From Candidatus Thorarchaeota archaeon (GTDB lineage Archaea; Asgardarchaeota; Thorarchaeia; Thorarchaeales; Thorarchaeaceae), in NCBI GenBank assembly GCA_016839445.1, contig JAEOUG010000140.1:1-35512 (forward strand): a DNA stretch of 35,512 nt. The letters run 5' to 3'. Position numbers and translations under genes: made by a program. This document shows positions 10,037-19,800 of the stretch, in pieces (positions within the stretch are counted from its first letter, which is position 1; the number at the start of each line of letters is the position of its first letter). A model generated the notes under the pieces. The model was not told the DNA's origin, did not search any database, and saw only the letters and a list, made by a program, of their open reading frames with translations.

Positions 10037-10738
10037 TCACTTGTCTCCGTAGTACTCTCCCATGATACTGAGGACCATGTCACGTGGCACAATCTCCCGA
10101 GAGATGGTCTGGAGTGTCTCAGGCTTCATCCTGCCGTCCTTCACCAGCTGCAATCCCGCCTCCACAATGGCCTCCGATATGTCGCTGAAGTCCGCCTTTC
10201 CTTCCATGTTTGGCATCATCCAGGCAACAGGTCGAACGACAGCCCCAACATACTCACGGTTCATATTCCTGCTTAGTGCCTTGACGTGAGTGATAAGCGG
10301 GTCGAAGTTGTCAATCTCTGTGAAGCCACTGACCGATACCAGTGCCACCTTGCCTGCCTTGACACCCTCTCTCAAAGGATGTCTGCAGTGGTCATCCCGC
10401 AGCACGAACCTGCCATGGAGGAGAGGGATAAAGCGGTCAAGAAGCGTCTTCATAGAACCCGTCATTCCGTCTACATAGACAGGAGTGCCTAGAATCAACA
10501 GATCGGCATCAGCAAGCAGCCCCATCACACCAGCCATGTCATCGTCCTGAATGCACTTGCCTGGTGTGTTAGTCCAGCAGTTGAAGCACCCTCGGCAGTC
10601 ACCGATGTTGAGGTCCCTTGTATAGATGGTTCTGACCTCGGCTCCGCCCTTCTCCATACCCTTCACGAGATGGCCTAATGCGGCGCCTGTGTGGCCGCGG
10701 TCCTTCCTCGGGCTCCCATTGATCACTAGCACCTTCAT
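10037..10738 (-). CDS. Flavodoxin-family iron-sulfur flavoprotein (NADPH-dependent FMN reductase / Isf-like)
   Basis: MKVLVINGSPRK, CRGCFNCW....GKC Fe-S motif, DDM, GTPVY; start moved to ATG 10738. Confidence 0.9.
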   Translation of the reverse strand: MKVLVINGSPRKDRGHTGAALGHLVKGMEKGGAEVRTIYTRDLNIGDCRGCFNCWTNTPGKCIQDDDMAGVMGLLADADLLILGTPVYVDGMTGSMKTLLDRFIPLLHGRFVLRDDHCRHPLREGVKAGKVALVSVSGFTEIDNFDPLITHVKALSRNMNREYVGAVVRPVAWMMPNMEGKADFSDISEAIVEAGLQLVKDGRMKPETLQTISREIVPRDMVLSIMGEYYGDK

Positions 10739-10771
10739 ACGAATAACCCAGAGGGCCAAAGCGTCGCAACG

Positions 10772-10781
10772 ATATAAGTCT
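10772..10781 (-). promoter_or_regulatory. Putative TATA box (AGACTTATAT) for the flavoprotein gene
   Basis: First T of the box is 39 nt upstream of ATG 10738; matches other promoter cores in the window. Confidence 0.5.
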
Positions 10782-10818
10782 GCACCACTGCAATGAGGTT
10801 CGATGGCGGGAGCAGTCG

Positions 10819-11961
10819 TTACAGGATCCGTTTCTCTATCCTTATACCGCGAGCCTGAAGCTCCTCGATGAATGGCCCGGGTGGAACTGAACGCTCAGGA
10901 GGCAGAACCCCTCGTTCCTTTATCCTCCCATCTGCCATCATCATGGCTGTGACTGATGCTGGAAAGGCAGTGGTCCGCATCATTGAGGTCAGGCCGGTCT
11001 CATCATCGAAGTAGTCTATGACCTGGTACTCTACGTTACGTGATTCAGTCCCCTTCCATCCTTCCACATTGACACGAACCAATGTAACGTCCTTACCTGA
11101 CTCAGGCAGATTCTTCTCCAGCAAGGTCTCGAGGACTCTACGAGGACTGACGTCCTTTCCATCAATCTTCACAGCCTCACTGGCCATGAATCCAAGTTTC
11201 ATAAGACACCACATCTTGTGTCCATGGCCTGGATAACGGATAGTCTTGTAGTCTAAGTCCTTTATCTTACCTCGATATGTGAGTGGGAGTGTGGATGTGC
11301 CACCACTGGTGTTGAAGGCCTCAAGCTTGCCAAAGGGGGCAGGAAACACAATCTCCTCGAATCCTACGAGAGGCTCCTCGAACTTGATCTTCCCGTCTCG
11401 CAGCACCATGCAAGGTTCTACGTACTCATTGATGAGACCCTCAACAGAGAAGATGAGGGCATAATTGAGTGGGGGTCGAGGCTCTTGCTGAAGTCCGCCG
11501 ACTCTAATCTTAACACTCTCCACCCTGTCAAGATAGTCAATGCCCTGACGGGCTATGACATTCACCATTCCGGGTGCAAGTCCTGAATCAGGCACGACTG
11601 TTACGCCTGCATCCTTTGCCTGAGCATTCAGCTCAAGCTGTGACTCCACAATCTTGTAGTTGCCTCCCAGATCACAGAAATGTGTGCCTGTGTCAATAGC
11701 CACCTGAGTGTGGAGAAGGTTCACCTTGTAGCTGATGGCGCTGATTACAGAGTCCACCTCGGAGAAGACCTTCTTGAGTTGGCTCTTGTCCGTGCCATCA
11801 ACAGTCCTCGGCTCCGCCTTATCACCCATCTCCTTCGCCAGAGATTCCGCGCACTTCGTGTCGATGTCCGCAACAATCACTCTCTCGACAGCATCATTGT
11901 GCACAAGGTCATAGGCAGCACCTCGGCCCATCATACCTGAACCTAGAACTAGTATCTTCAG
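10819..11961 (-). CDS. Saccharopine dehydrogenase / lysine 6-dehydrogenase family protein
   Basis: In-frame extension gives LKILVLGSGMMG (Rossmann), then DLGGN, GLAPG, FSVEGLINEY, EAFNTSGG, YKTIRYPGH, MMRTTAFP; probable CTG start at 11961. Confidence 0.9.
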   Translation of the reverse strand: MKILVLGSGMMGRGAAYDLVHNDAVERVIVADIDTKCAESLAKEMGDKAEPRTVDGTDKSQLKKVFSEVDSVISAISYKVNLLHTQVAIDTGTHFCDLGGNYKIVESQLELNAQAKDAGVTVVPDSGLAPGMVNVIARQGIDYLDRVESVKIRVGGLQQEPRPPLNYALIFSVEGLINEYVEPCMVLRDGKIKFEEPLVGFEEIVFPAPFGKLEAFNTSGGTSTLPLTYRGKIKDLDYKTIRYPGHGHKMWCLMKLGFMASEAVKIDGKDVSPRRVLETLLEKNLPESGKDVTLVRVNVEGWKGTESRNVEYQVIDYFDDETGLTSMMRTTAFPASVTAMMMADGRIKERGVLPPERSVPPGPFIEELQARGIRIEKRIL

Positions 11962-12336
11962 CTCTAATCTCCTCCTTCGGTGACAAAGTAAATGATGGCA
12001 ACGCCCGTAAAAACAGTTCCGACTAACGCGTCATCAGCACCAGAATGCATCTGGAGTGCCTGAACTCCGAAGAAACCCTTGCCTAGTCGTTTCTTAGAAA
12101 CGCCAGTCCAATCCATTTCCCTACGGACCCAAAGGCGGGGAGATAGAGAATCGAGAGCGGAATAAGGCGAAGGAAGCCCAATTCTGGATCGCCATACGGA
12201 TAATCGGGACTGAGTAGTTCGACTAGAGGAATTGCCTCGGGCAAACACATGAAACCTGCGGACTATCCCGAAGTCGTGCAGAGCCGCTTCGCCCAGCACA
12301 AAACCAGCCGACAAGAGATCAATCATGTGATACTCA

Positions 12337-13650
12337 CTATGGCTCAAGTCTTCTTTTCGCTATTGAGACACCGCTTAGAACAATGACTACGACGGCGACC
12401 ATATCGACTCCATAAAGGACATAGGTCATCGGTCCCGCCCCGCCGCTCTGAGTCACAGTAGTTGTGGCGCTCTCAGTCATCGTTTGAGTTGATGTGTCGC
12501 CGATGTCTATCATACGCGAGCGCCCGATTGCGGAGTCCCCCGGCCAGTAAGTGGACTCGTTTATCTCAACCTCAGGCCAATAAACATCCGGTGCCAGTTC
12601 CCAGCTAGTCGTGAAATCCAGACTGAAAGCCTCAACCATTACGAAGTACTCACCGGTCTCATACCCCCAGGAGTCCCAGAGCAGCCAGCATTGAGTAAGG
12701 TTGGAGGCCAAGGTCTCGCGAAACGTTGAGGAGGCTCTCTGCAGGGTCACTGCGTAGTAATTGACATCGGCGGAGTTGGGATCAGTGCTGGACCAAGAGA
12801 TGTTGTATACGCTGTTTCCCATCCCGTTGACCTGCACAGAGACCTGCGGAGCGAAGAAGTTGCAGATGGTGACGTTCTCCACAGTCAGCTCATACGTGCC
12901 TTCTGTGCATTCTCCAGCAATCCTAAGGTCTGTAGTCTGGTTCGCCCCGAGAAAGGAGTACGTGTCCCAGGACACGGATGAGCCGGGGTTAGACACTTGC
13001 CATCCGACTCGAGTGTCCACGGTGAGCGTGAAGTTGCCTGGCTGATGGTCGTAGCAGCTACACGCTACAAGCATAGTATCATTCCGCGATGTCCACATGA
13101 AGGACCCGACCTCAGGGTGATTCTCACTTGCCATGTCGAAGCCCAGTAGATTGTTTGCATACGTCCGCTCCCATGTGCCAACCGTGGCATCCCAAGCAAA
13201 GAAGTCAGAGTCATTGTTGGTGAAGTCTCCGACCACTCGAACCAAGTCACCCCGCTTGATGCCCTTCACCACAACCCAGGCGTACTGATCTGGGTCTATG
13301 GGAGGTATCTCAATCTGAATCGCATCTGGAATAACGAGCTCTTGAGTTGTCTCGAACAAGAAACCACTGGTGAACTCCACCAGGGTTTCGTAGGGTTCCA
13401 GCTCTCCAATACCGGTTATGATTGATGCCGTCACGACAACATGATCGCCAACGATAGTATCGTTTGGGCCGAAGTCTTGTGGATTTGAGTCCCAGTTGGA
13501 CGTGTAAGTCAACGCAAGAGACGCGGCCAGTGTGTGTCCAGCATCTTTGGGGCGGCTGGTCGAATCGCTGGAATCATCAATCCATGCAGTTGGCACAGTG
13601 GAGAGAAGAAGAGCCAGTACGATTAGCAGGGACCTTCTACTGACCACCAC
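12337..13650 (-). CDS. Secreted surface glycoprotein-like protein with C-terminal membrane anchor
   Basis: Signal peptide, beta-rich body, nine N-x-S/T sequons, Thr-rich linker, C-terminal TM followed by KRR; GTG start. Confidence 0.8.
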   Translation of the reverse strand: MVVSRRSLLIVLALLLSTVPTAWIDDSSDSTSRPKDAGHTLAASLALTYTSNWDSNPQDFGPNDTIVGDHVVVTASIITGIGELEPYETLVEFTSGFLFETTQELVIPDAIQIEIPPIDPDQYAWVVVKGIKRGDLVRVVGDFTNNDSDFFAWDATVGTWERTYANNLLGFDMASENHPEVGSFMWTSRNDTMLVACSCYDHQPGNFTLTVDTRVGWQVSNPGSSVSWDTYSFLGANQTTDLRIAGECTEGTYELTVENVTICNFFAPQVSVQVNGMGNSVYNISWSSTDPNSADVNYYAVTLQRASSTFRETLASNLTQCWLLWDSWGYETGEYFVMVEAFSLDFTTSWELAPDVYWPEVEINESTYWPGDSAIGRSRMIDIGDTSTQTMTESATTTVTQSGGAGPMTYVLYGVDMVAVVVIVLSGVSIAKRRLEP

Positions 13651-13719
13651 GAACCCTCGTATGAGTGTGGCGAGAATTCAGATAGTTCTATCTCTTGAAC
13701 GAGAACAGGTTCCTCCTCT

Positions 13720-15606
13720 TCAGACCACTCTCGAGAAGATGGGTTGCTTCGACACAAGATTCGGTAGCAGCAACATCTGTCGTGGAGCAAACGAGGTCTT
13801 CTCCCCAATCTCGGCGATAACCTCTTGGAGAGTCATCTTGACCTGGTCCTTTTCCTCGCGACGGCGTACCGAGAGCACCTCGCCTGCGATCTCCTTCTCT
13901 CCAACAACGCAGATGTAGGGAACCCAGAGCTTCTCTGCAGACCGGACCTTCTTGCCCACTGTGAGGTCTCGATCGTCAATCTCATATCGAATCCCAGCGG
14001 CATGAAACTCCTCTCCGAGCTTCAGGCAGTACTCGACAGCATCCTCGTCAACGGGAGCCATTCGGACCTGTACTGGCGTCATCCACAGCGGAAGGTGCGG
14101 GACCTTCCCCTTCTTCATGTCCTTGTGCGCCTGCTCAAGTACGCCATAGAGGATTCGCTCGATTGACCCTGAAGGGGAAGTATGAAGAATCAGTGGGTAC
14201 TGCAGATTCCCATCCGCATCAACGTACTGAATGTTGAACCGCTCTCCGTTCTCAACGTCAATCTGGATTGTAGCAAGGCATGCCGCCTTCTTCTGCTCAT
14301 CTACTACGTTCCACTCGCCTTTGAAGATGAAGTAGGCGTAGCGCTCCTCGAAGAGCTCTAGCATAACCGGTTTCCCGACGCGTTCAATGACCTTGTTGAC
14401 GAAGTCCCGATGCTCCTCGAAGAACGACCTGAGAATCCTGAAAGAAACCTCATAGTCAATCTCAAGTTCACCCTGAAGCTTGTCGACGAACTCGAGTTGC
14501 CTGAGTACCGCCGCTTTTGCCATCTCGACGTCTGCCACAATCTCGTGGATGTCCGGCATTGTGAAGGCCCGAGGCCTCCTCATGCCTGCTAGTTCTCCGC
14601 TCTGCTCTCGTCGGTACGACGAGGCAATCTCAAAGAGCTTGAGCGGAAGTTGCTTGTAAGAGACCTGAGCCTGCGAGATCAGCAGAAACTGGCCGAAGCA
14701 GGCCGCGAATCTGGCGAAGTAGTCCCGGTCTCCAGACCTGATGATGTACTGGCGCGATGGGAACCTCTGCATGTAGGACTTGAGGGCAGGATGTTCGTAG
14801 TCGTAGATCAAAGGAGTCTGAATGACATGAGCACCATAATCAACCATCTCCTTTGTCACCCGCTCCTCGATGGCTCTCTTCAGAGTATAGCCTCGAGGAG
14901 GCCATCGGAAGTTGCCTGCATCTGAACCCGGTTCATAGTCTACGAGTTCAAGGTTCTTCATGATCTCGATGTGTGGAGGTGGTTCTTGGGCAGTGCGATC
15001 CTTGGCGGTCTCGTAGGCGACGTAGAGCTTGAGTTCTTTGTACTTCGAGTAGTTGAACTTCTCAATGTCTGTGAGGTTCCCGCCAGGCTCCATGATGTAG
15101 AAATGGGAGGTTGCCTTCTCCTCAGCCGCTATCGCTGTGAGGTCCTCCCCGGCGGTGACATCCGCACCCTTCGCGAGCTCCTTTGTGACATCGAGAACCT
15201 TCGACCTCTCGGCCAACGGGTGCCCCTTGCAGTGAATCTCGAAGGCTTTGTAATATCCGAAGGGTACGCGCACTACATTGTAGCCGCTGTCTGAGAGCGC
15301 CTTAGCTACACCCTTCAGAAGTTTCAGTCCAGTGGATGGTCCAGACGGCGTTTCAGTCAGGTGTACCCAGGGATAGACAACGATGTTCTTCTCCTTGACC
15401 TCTTCTGCGGCGGAGGCAATCATGGCAGTTGTCTGTTCGATGGAGGCCTGAACGTTTGCTTCGTCCGTCTTCTCGGACGCAATGAAGTTCACAAGACAAG
15501 AATCATCGGTGTGGTAGATCTTCTCATCGATTTCTTCGGCGTTCTTCATTGCCTTCCTCTTTACCTCATAGGAGAAGCCGTCGCTGTGAATCTGAAGCAT
15601 CCTCAT
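13720..15606 (-). CDS. thrS: Threonine--tRNA ligase, archaeal type
   Basis: Archaeal editing domain (MRMLQIHSD, YPWVHL, PFGYYKAFEIHCKGHPLAE); RFAACFG, motif 2 YRREQSGE, FTMPDIH, ILHTSPSGSIER; anticodon-binding domain. Confidence 0.97.
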   Translation of the reverse strand: MRMLQIHSDGFSYEVKRKAMKNAEEIDEKIYHTDDSCLVNFIASEKTDEANVQASIEQTTAMIASAAEEVKEKNIVVYPWVHLTETPSGPSTGLKLLKGVAKALSDSGYNVVRVPFGYYKAFEIHCKGHPLAERSKVLDVTKELAKGADVTAGEDLTAIAAEEKATSHFYIMEPGGNLTDIEKFNYSKYKELKLYVAYETAKDRTAQEPPPHIEIMKNLELVDYEPGSDAGNFRWPPRGYTLKRAIEERVTKEMVDYGAHVIQTPLIYDYEHPALKSYMQRFPSRQYIIRSGDRDYFARFAACFGQFLLISQAQVSYKQLPLKLFEIASSYRREQSGELAGMRRPRAFTMPDIHEIVADVEMAKAAVLRQLEFVDKLQGELEIDYEVSFRILRSFFEEHRDFVNKVIERVGKPVMLELFEERYAYFIFKGEWNVVDEQKKAACLATIQIDVENGERFNIQYVDADGNLQYPLILHTSPSGSIERILYGVLEQAHKDMKKGKVPHLPLWMTPVQVRMAPVDEDAVEYCLKLGEEFHAAGIRYEIDDRDLTVGKKVRSAEKLWVPYICVVGEKEIAGEVLSVRRREEKDQVKMTLQEVIAEIGEKTSFAPRQMLLLPNLVSKQPIFSRVV

Positions 15607-15741
15607 GTGATAGGACCTCGCTAGACTCGGACAGCCCCCTTTTCACACTTAAGCCTGATGAAACTGGCCCTCAGATAGCTGCCGGAGCACCACCCTTATC
15701 AGTACTCCAAATGTGGTTGAGACTTCTGAAGTACTTGCGGA

Positions 15742-16365
15742 GTGCAAGCTAAATTGGACATATTCAGGATAGTAGAAGAGAGCTACGACAAGATGGGAGA
15801 GGACTATCACACCTCCCGTAATAATGAGAAGTTCAATCGCCAGCTGGAGGAGTTCGCTAGGCTACTCCCAAAATCCGGAGATGTTCTTGATGCCGGCTGT
15901 GGAGTGGGCCATCCCGCTTCTCGATTCCTTGCAGAGAAGGGGTTCGATGTCACAGGCGTCGACATATCTGGCAAGATGATAGAACGGGCAAGAGAGAACG
16001 TGCCAATGGCCAGCTTCTTTCAGAAGAACATCGCTGAGCTTGACCTTCCTGACGAGTCATTTGACGGGGTAATCTGCGTCTACACGTTGTGGCACATTCC
16101 CAGAGACTTGCACTCCGACATCTTTCTCAACTTCCATAGAATGCTAAGAGAAGAGGGCATCCTGGTCCTGAACACCGGTATCCACGAATCTGAAGGTATG
16201 AGCCGCTTCTTTGGTGAGCCCATGTTATGGAGCACTAGTGATCCGAAGGCCACAATGGCGTCTGTTAGGGATGTTGGGTTCGAGGTTCTTTTCGAGGGTG
16301 TAATATCACTCGGTGGGGAGAAGCAGTACTGGGTATTTGCGCAGAAGACGGCAAAGCGAACCTGA
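15742..16365 (+). CDS. Class I SAM-dependent methyltransferase
   Basis: VLDAGCGVG, GVDISGKMI, ESFDGVIC, YTLWHIPR. Confidence 0.9.
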   Translation: MQAKLDIFRIVEESYDKMGEDYHTSRNNEKFNRQLEEFARLLPKSGDVLDAGCGVGHPASRFLAEKGFDVTGVDISGKMIERARENVPMASFFQKNIAELDLPDESFDGVICVYTLWHIPRDLHSDIFLNFHRMLREEGILVLNTGIHESEGMSRFFGEPMLWSTSDPKATMASVRDVGFEVLFEGVISLGGEKQYWVFAQKTAKRT

Positions 16366-16422
16366 TCTAACCGAGAGAGCCCTGCACTTGTCGGCAGCCG
16401 TAGGATGGAATTCACTGAGGGA

Positions 16423-16755
16423 TTACCAAACCATAGGAGTGTACCCATTCCTGATTAGAGTAGAGATTTCCTCACCTACATATCGCACCTCAATTCCCAT
16501 CCCCTCGATATCTTCTGACTGATTGTCGCGATCCGAAATGAACTTGCACGCAAGAGCCTTACCGAACTGAGCTAGTTCGGAAGCCGACTCAGAAACCTTA
16601 GAGTTATTCACTAGAAGTCCTTGGGACGGGCCAAAGAACACAACCCGCACCTCTGGCATCCAGTTGTATTTGATGGCGTTCTTGGCATACATTAGCCCAG
16701 TAAGGACCTTGTCTTCATCCCCTGATGCGATGATTATCAACAGATTGTCCGTCAT
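16423..16755 (-). CDS. DsrE/DsrF-like family protein
   Basis: LLIIIASGD, GLMYAKN, VRVVFFGPS, LACKF, VG..IS.LI..GY; start moved to ATG 16755 behind AGGTGA SD. Confidence 0.8.
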   Translation of the reverse strand: MTDNLLIIIASGDEDKVLTGLMYAKNAIKYNWMPEVRVVFFGPSQGLLVNNSKVSESASELAQFGKALACKFISDRDNQSEDIEGMGIEVRYVGEEISTLIRNGYTPMVW

Positions 16756-16810
16756 CAAACTCACCTTCTTGCACTGCGACGGGACTTGCCTATAAGGCGC
16801 ACGCATAGAG

Positions 16811-16831
16811 GGAGAGGCGTCAAGCCTCTCC
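16811..16831. terminator. GC-rich hairpin downstream of the GNAT gene
   Basis: GGAGAGGC-GTCAA-GCCTCTCC perfect 8-bp stem, 13 nt past the stop at 16845; no U-tract, so it may be a stability or processing element. Confidence 0.45.
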
Positions 16832-16844
16832 TCCTAGGCCCATT

Positions 16845-19800
16845 CTATAGCTGGTCCATAACGCTCTGTAGATCCTTCACCTGTTCCATACTCTCAGGGT
16901 CCACTAGAAGCGCTGACTTCATGGTCTTCTCTTCACCAGGCATTAGCATGACATTGACATCAAGCGCAGCCAAGAATATGAGGGGACCTATCGTGGCGCC
17001 AACCATGCCCGTGTCTTTGTCTGGAGATACCATCGCTAATCCTTTTGTGCGTCCAGAAGACTCTCGTGGCTTCACGTAGATGTAGTTCGTCGAAGGTGTC
17101 ATTCCGTTAAACGCAGGAGCCGGACTGACAGTTCTCTCCACTCCAGACCACTCTGACTGCAGCACCAGTCCAGAGGGATCACCATCGATTGCTGGGTCAA
17201 CATACAGCATTGGGAAGAATCTCAAAGGGGCGGAAGTCACATTCTTCATTCTCCACTTGATCAAGACAAGTGGTGAACCTGGTGAGGTTAGGTACTTCAG
17301 AGAGAACTCCACTCCCCGAGTAGTCTTCTGGAGTGCACCTTGCCAAGAAACCTCGACGCCTTTCCAGAAACCATCCTCGACAGCTCGGGCACTCATCTCC
17401 TCTTGGTTGGTCTTCGCCTTGGTGAGGGTCTCGCTCATCTCCTCATCAAACACGATAGGCTGAACACCTCCGTAGTAGTTGTCTAAGAAGGCCCCCGGAC
17501 GAGGAACCGCGTTAGGAAACGAGCTGATCATGAACTCAACACCCTTCTTGTTCTTCAGTGAAGTCAGGCAACCACCGTAATCAGAGGACACAGTGAACTC
17601 AATCTCACCATTCTCCACGTGATGAGTGTCCTTGCCCTCAGACTGCTCCTGGCGCACGCGGACTGCTTCAGACCTTCTCCCAAGGCACACAACGTCTAGT
17701 GAGGAGGTGAAGTCAACACCAGATGAAGCATGCACGGAACCTCGATAGACGCCAAATGAGTCAGCCACCTCTTCGGACGGATTCAGTTCAAACTCCATGG
17801 TCGCGCTCCCCTCAACATGGATTCCCGCTCGGACTGGTGTCGAGAGATACCATTCTTTCGGAGCATCAATCTCAATCTCCGCCTCAATGGGAACAGGTAT
17901 CATGTTCTTCAGGGATACTCTTACCGTTCCCTTCTCTGAGTGTGGGAGTAGTAGGGCAGCCGCGTGAATGTCAAGAACAGAGTGAACAGGGGGAGATTCC
18001 GACAGCTCGTGTTCGTAGACACCTTTGGTCCTCGCCATCCACTTCCTTCTCACTTCTCTCCAGCCAGAAGTGCCAAAGACAGTTGTGACGCCTATGACCA
18101 TCCTCATTTCGCCGGGTGGGAGGCTCGTCATCTTTGATGAGAGCATACCGATAAGCCCTCCGCCCACCTGAACCTCATCTACCTCATCCCTATTCCACCA
18201 ATTGCCGACTGTGCCAGTTTCTGTGGATGTGGTAATCCAATCCTCCTTGAAGGTGTCCGGCGAGTTGGGTAGTGACGGATAGGACAATCTAGATACGCCG
18301 ATCGGCTCGCCGACCACTCCACTCTGAAGGGACACGTATGCTTGACCTGGATTGAATGTGATTCCCATCTGCCTACCCACAATACGAACCTGGAGTGTCT
18401 GGTTCTCCTTTCCCGTGTTCTTGACCCACACCTCCCTTCGCACGATTCCCGTACCGTGTTCGAAGATGGCCCTATCCTCAATCCAGAGCGGCCTTTCTGG
18501 ATGCTGGGCATTCAGGCTGACGACTGTTTCCGAGGAGGTAGATGATATCTGCACATCCCGTTCGGCAAACCGAAACGGGCTCAGACCAAACGGAGGACCT
18601 ATCTCAGTCCTGTAAATCTGATCTATGATGTCCGGTGAGTTTGGGCTCCTTAGCTGCAGAATACCGCCCTCTCGACGGCAATAGGCAACGTAATCGCTGC
18701 CTGCAACAACAATCCTCTTGGCCCTGTCATCTTCTCCAACGGCAACACCATTCTCGCCAAGGCAGAACACTGGTATTCTCGTCCGCCGAGTGACAATGGG
18801 TCCAGAGTCTCTACCATCCAGCTCAAGCCAGAGCCAAATATCATGGGACCCCTCACCTAGCCTGGAATCAGCTTCGACCTCGATTATGGTGCCAGCAGGT
18901 CCCTCTTGTGGGATCTTCACAACATCGTCTGCGATCTGTACGTTCAATCCGTTCGGAGTCTCGAAATGGATGCGCCCCTCTGCAGCATGTGCTAAGTTGC
19001 TGAACAGAGTCAAGGGGACTGAGCACTTGCCGCCTGCAGACAGCCTGCAGTGTCCTTGGCGAGTATAGATGTCAGCCGCTTCTGCAAGCTTGAGTCCGGT
19101 CACTAGCTCAAACCTGGCCCCTCCTGTTTCTATAGATGCTTTGATGGACGGTGCTTTGATTCCCTCTCTGTGGAGCTCCGACTCAGGGCCGAAGACAAAG
19201 GATGCGCTCCATTGTGATGTTTTGCCCGAAGGGACTGTGAGCTTCGTCTTGCTACCTTCAGTGAAGGTGATACCTCTTGGTCCAGAGAGCTCGATGCTGA
19301 GATGCATTTCATCGGTGCTCCCATTTAGTATCTCGAGTGTGACATCTTCCTGAACTCCGCATACTACGTTCTGAGAACTCGGCAGAATCCTTACGGAGGA
19401 CAGGGAGCCCTCTCTCTCTTCCTGAACGCCGCAGATCCCTCTTGCATATCTGTCAACGACGACATTGAGGCGGTCATCTCCTTCCCGGAAGTGGTAGTTG
19501 TATACCGCCATCCCTCGGTCCTCCATGTTGTCAGGTGCTTGAGTGATGTCACGAACCTGAAGTCGATACCAGTCATCTTTGCCTGTCATGTGCTCCTCGA
19601 AGAACCTCCTGCAAAGAGGATGCTTGAGTATGCCAGGTATGTAGCCTTCCATGGTTAGACCCTCACCTCCAGGGTTCCACATCAGGCCTATCTTCTTGTA
19701 GAGAGGAACGGCTCGCATGTTCCCCGCCCACGTGTTTAGGTCCACTCGAGCGAAACCGGCTTCAGTCACTCGCCTCACAGACTCAAGAAGCAGTTTCTTC

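Noticed and set aside
11958-12037. Box C/D sRNA (TGATGA ... CTGA on the minus strand)
   Set aside because: The span of about 80 nt is long for archaeal guides, there are no clear C'/D' boxes, and the CTGA is better explained as the start codon
11964-12347. 127-aa minus-strand ORF as a real gene
   Set aside because: No recognisable motif, Arg/Ser-rich composition, and it overlaps the upstream gene's end; kept only as part of the unexplained-gap finding
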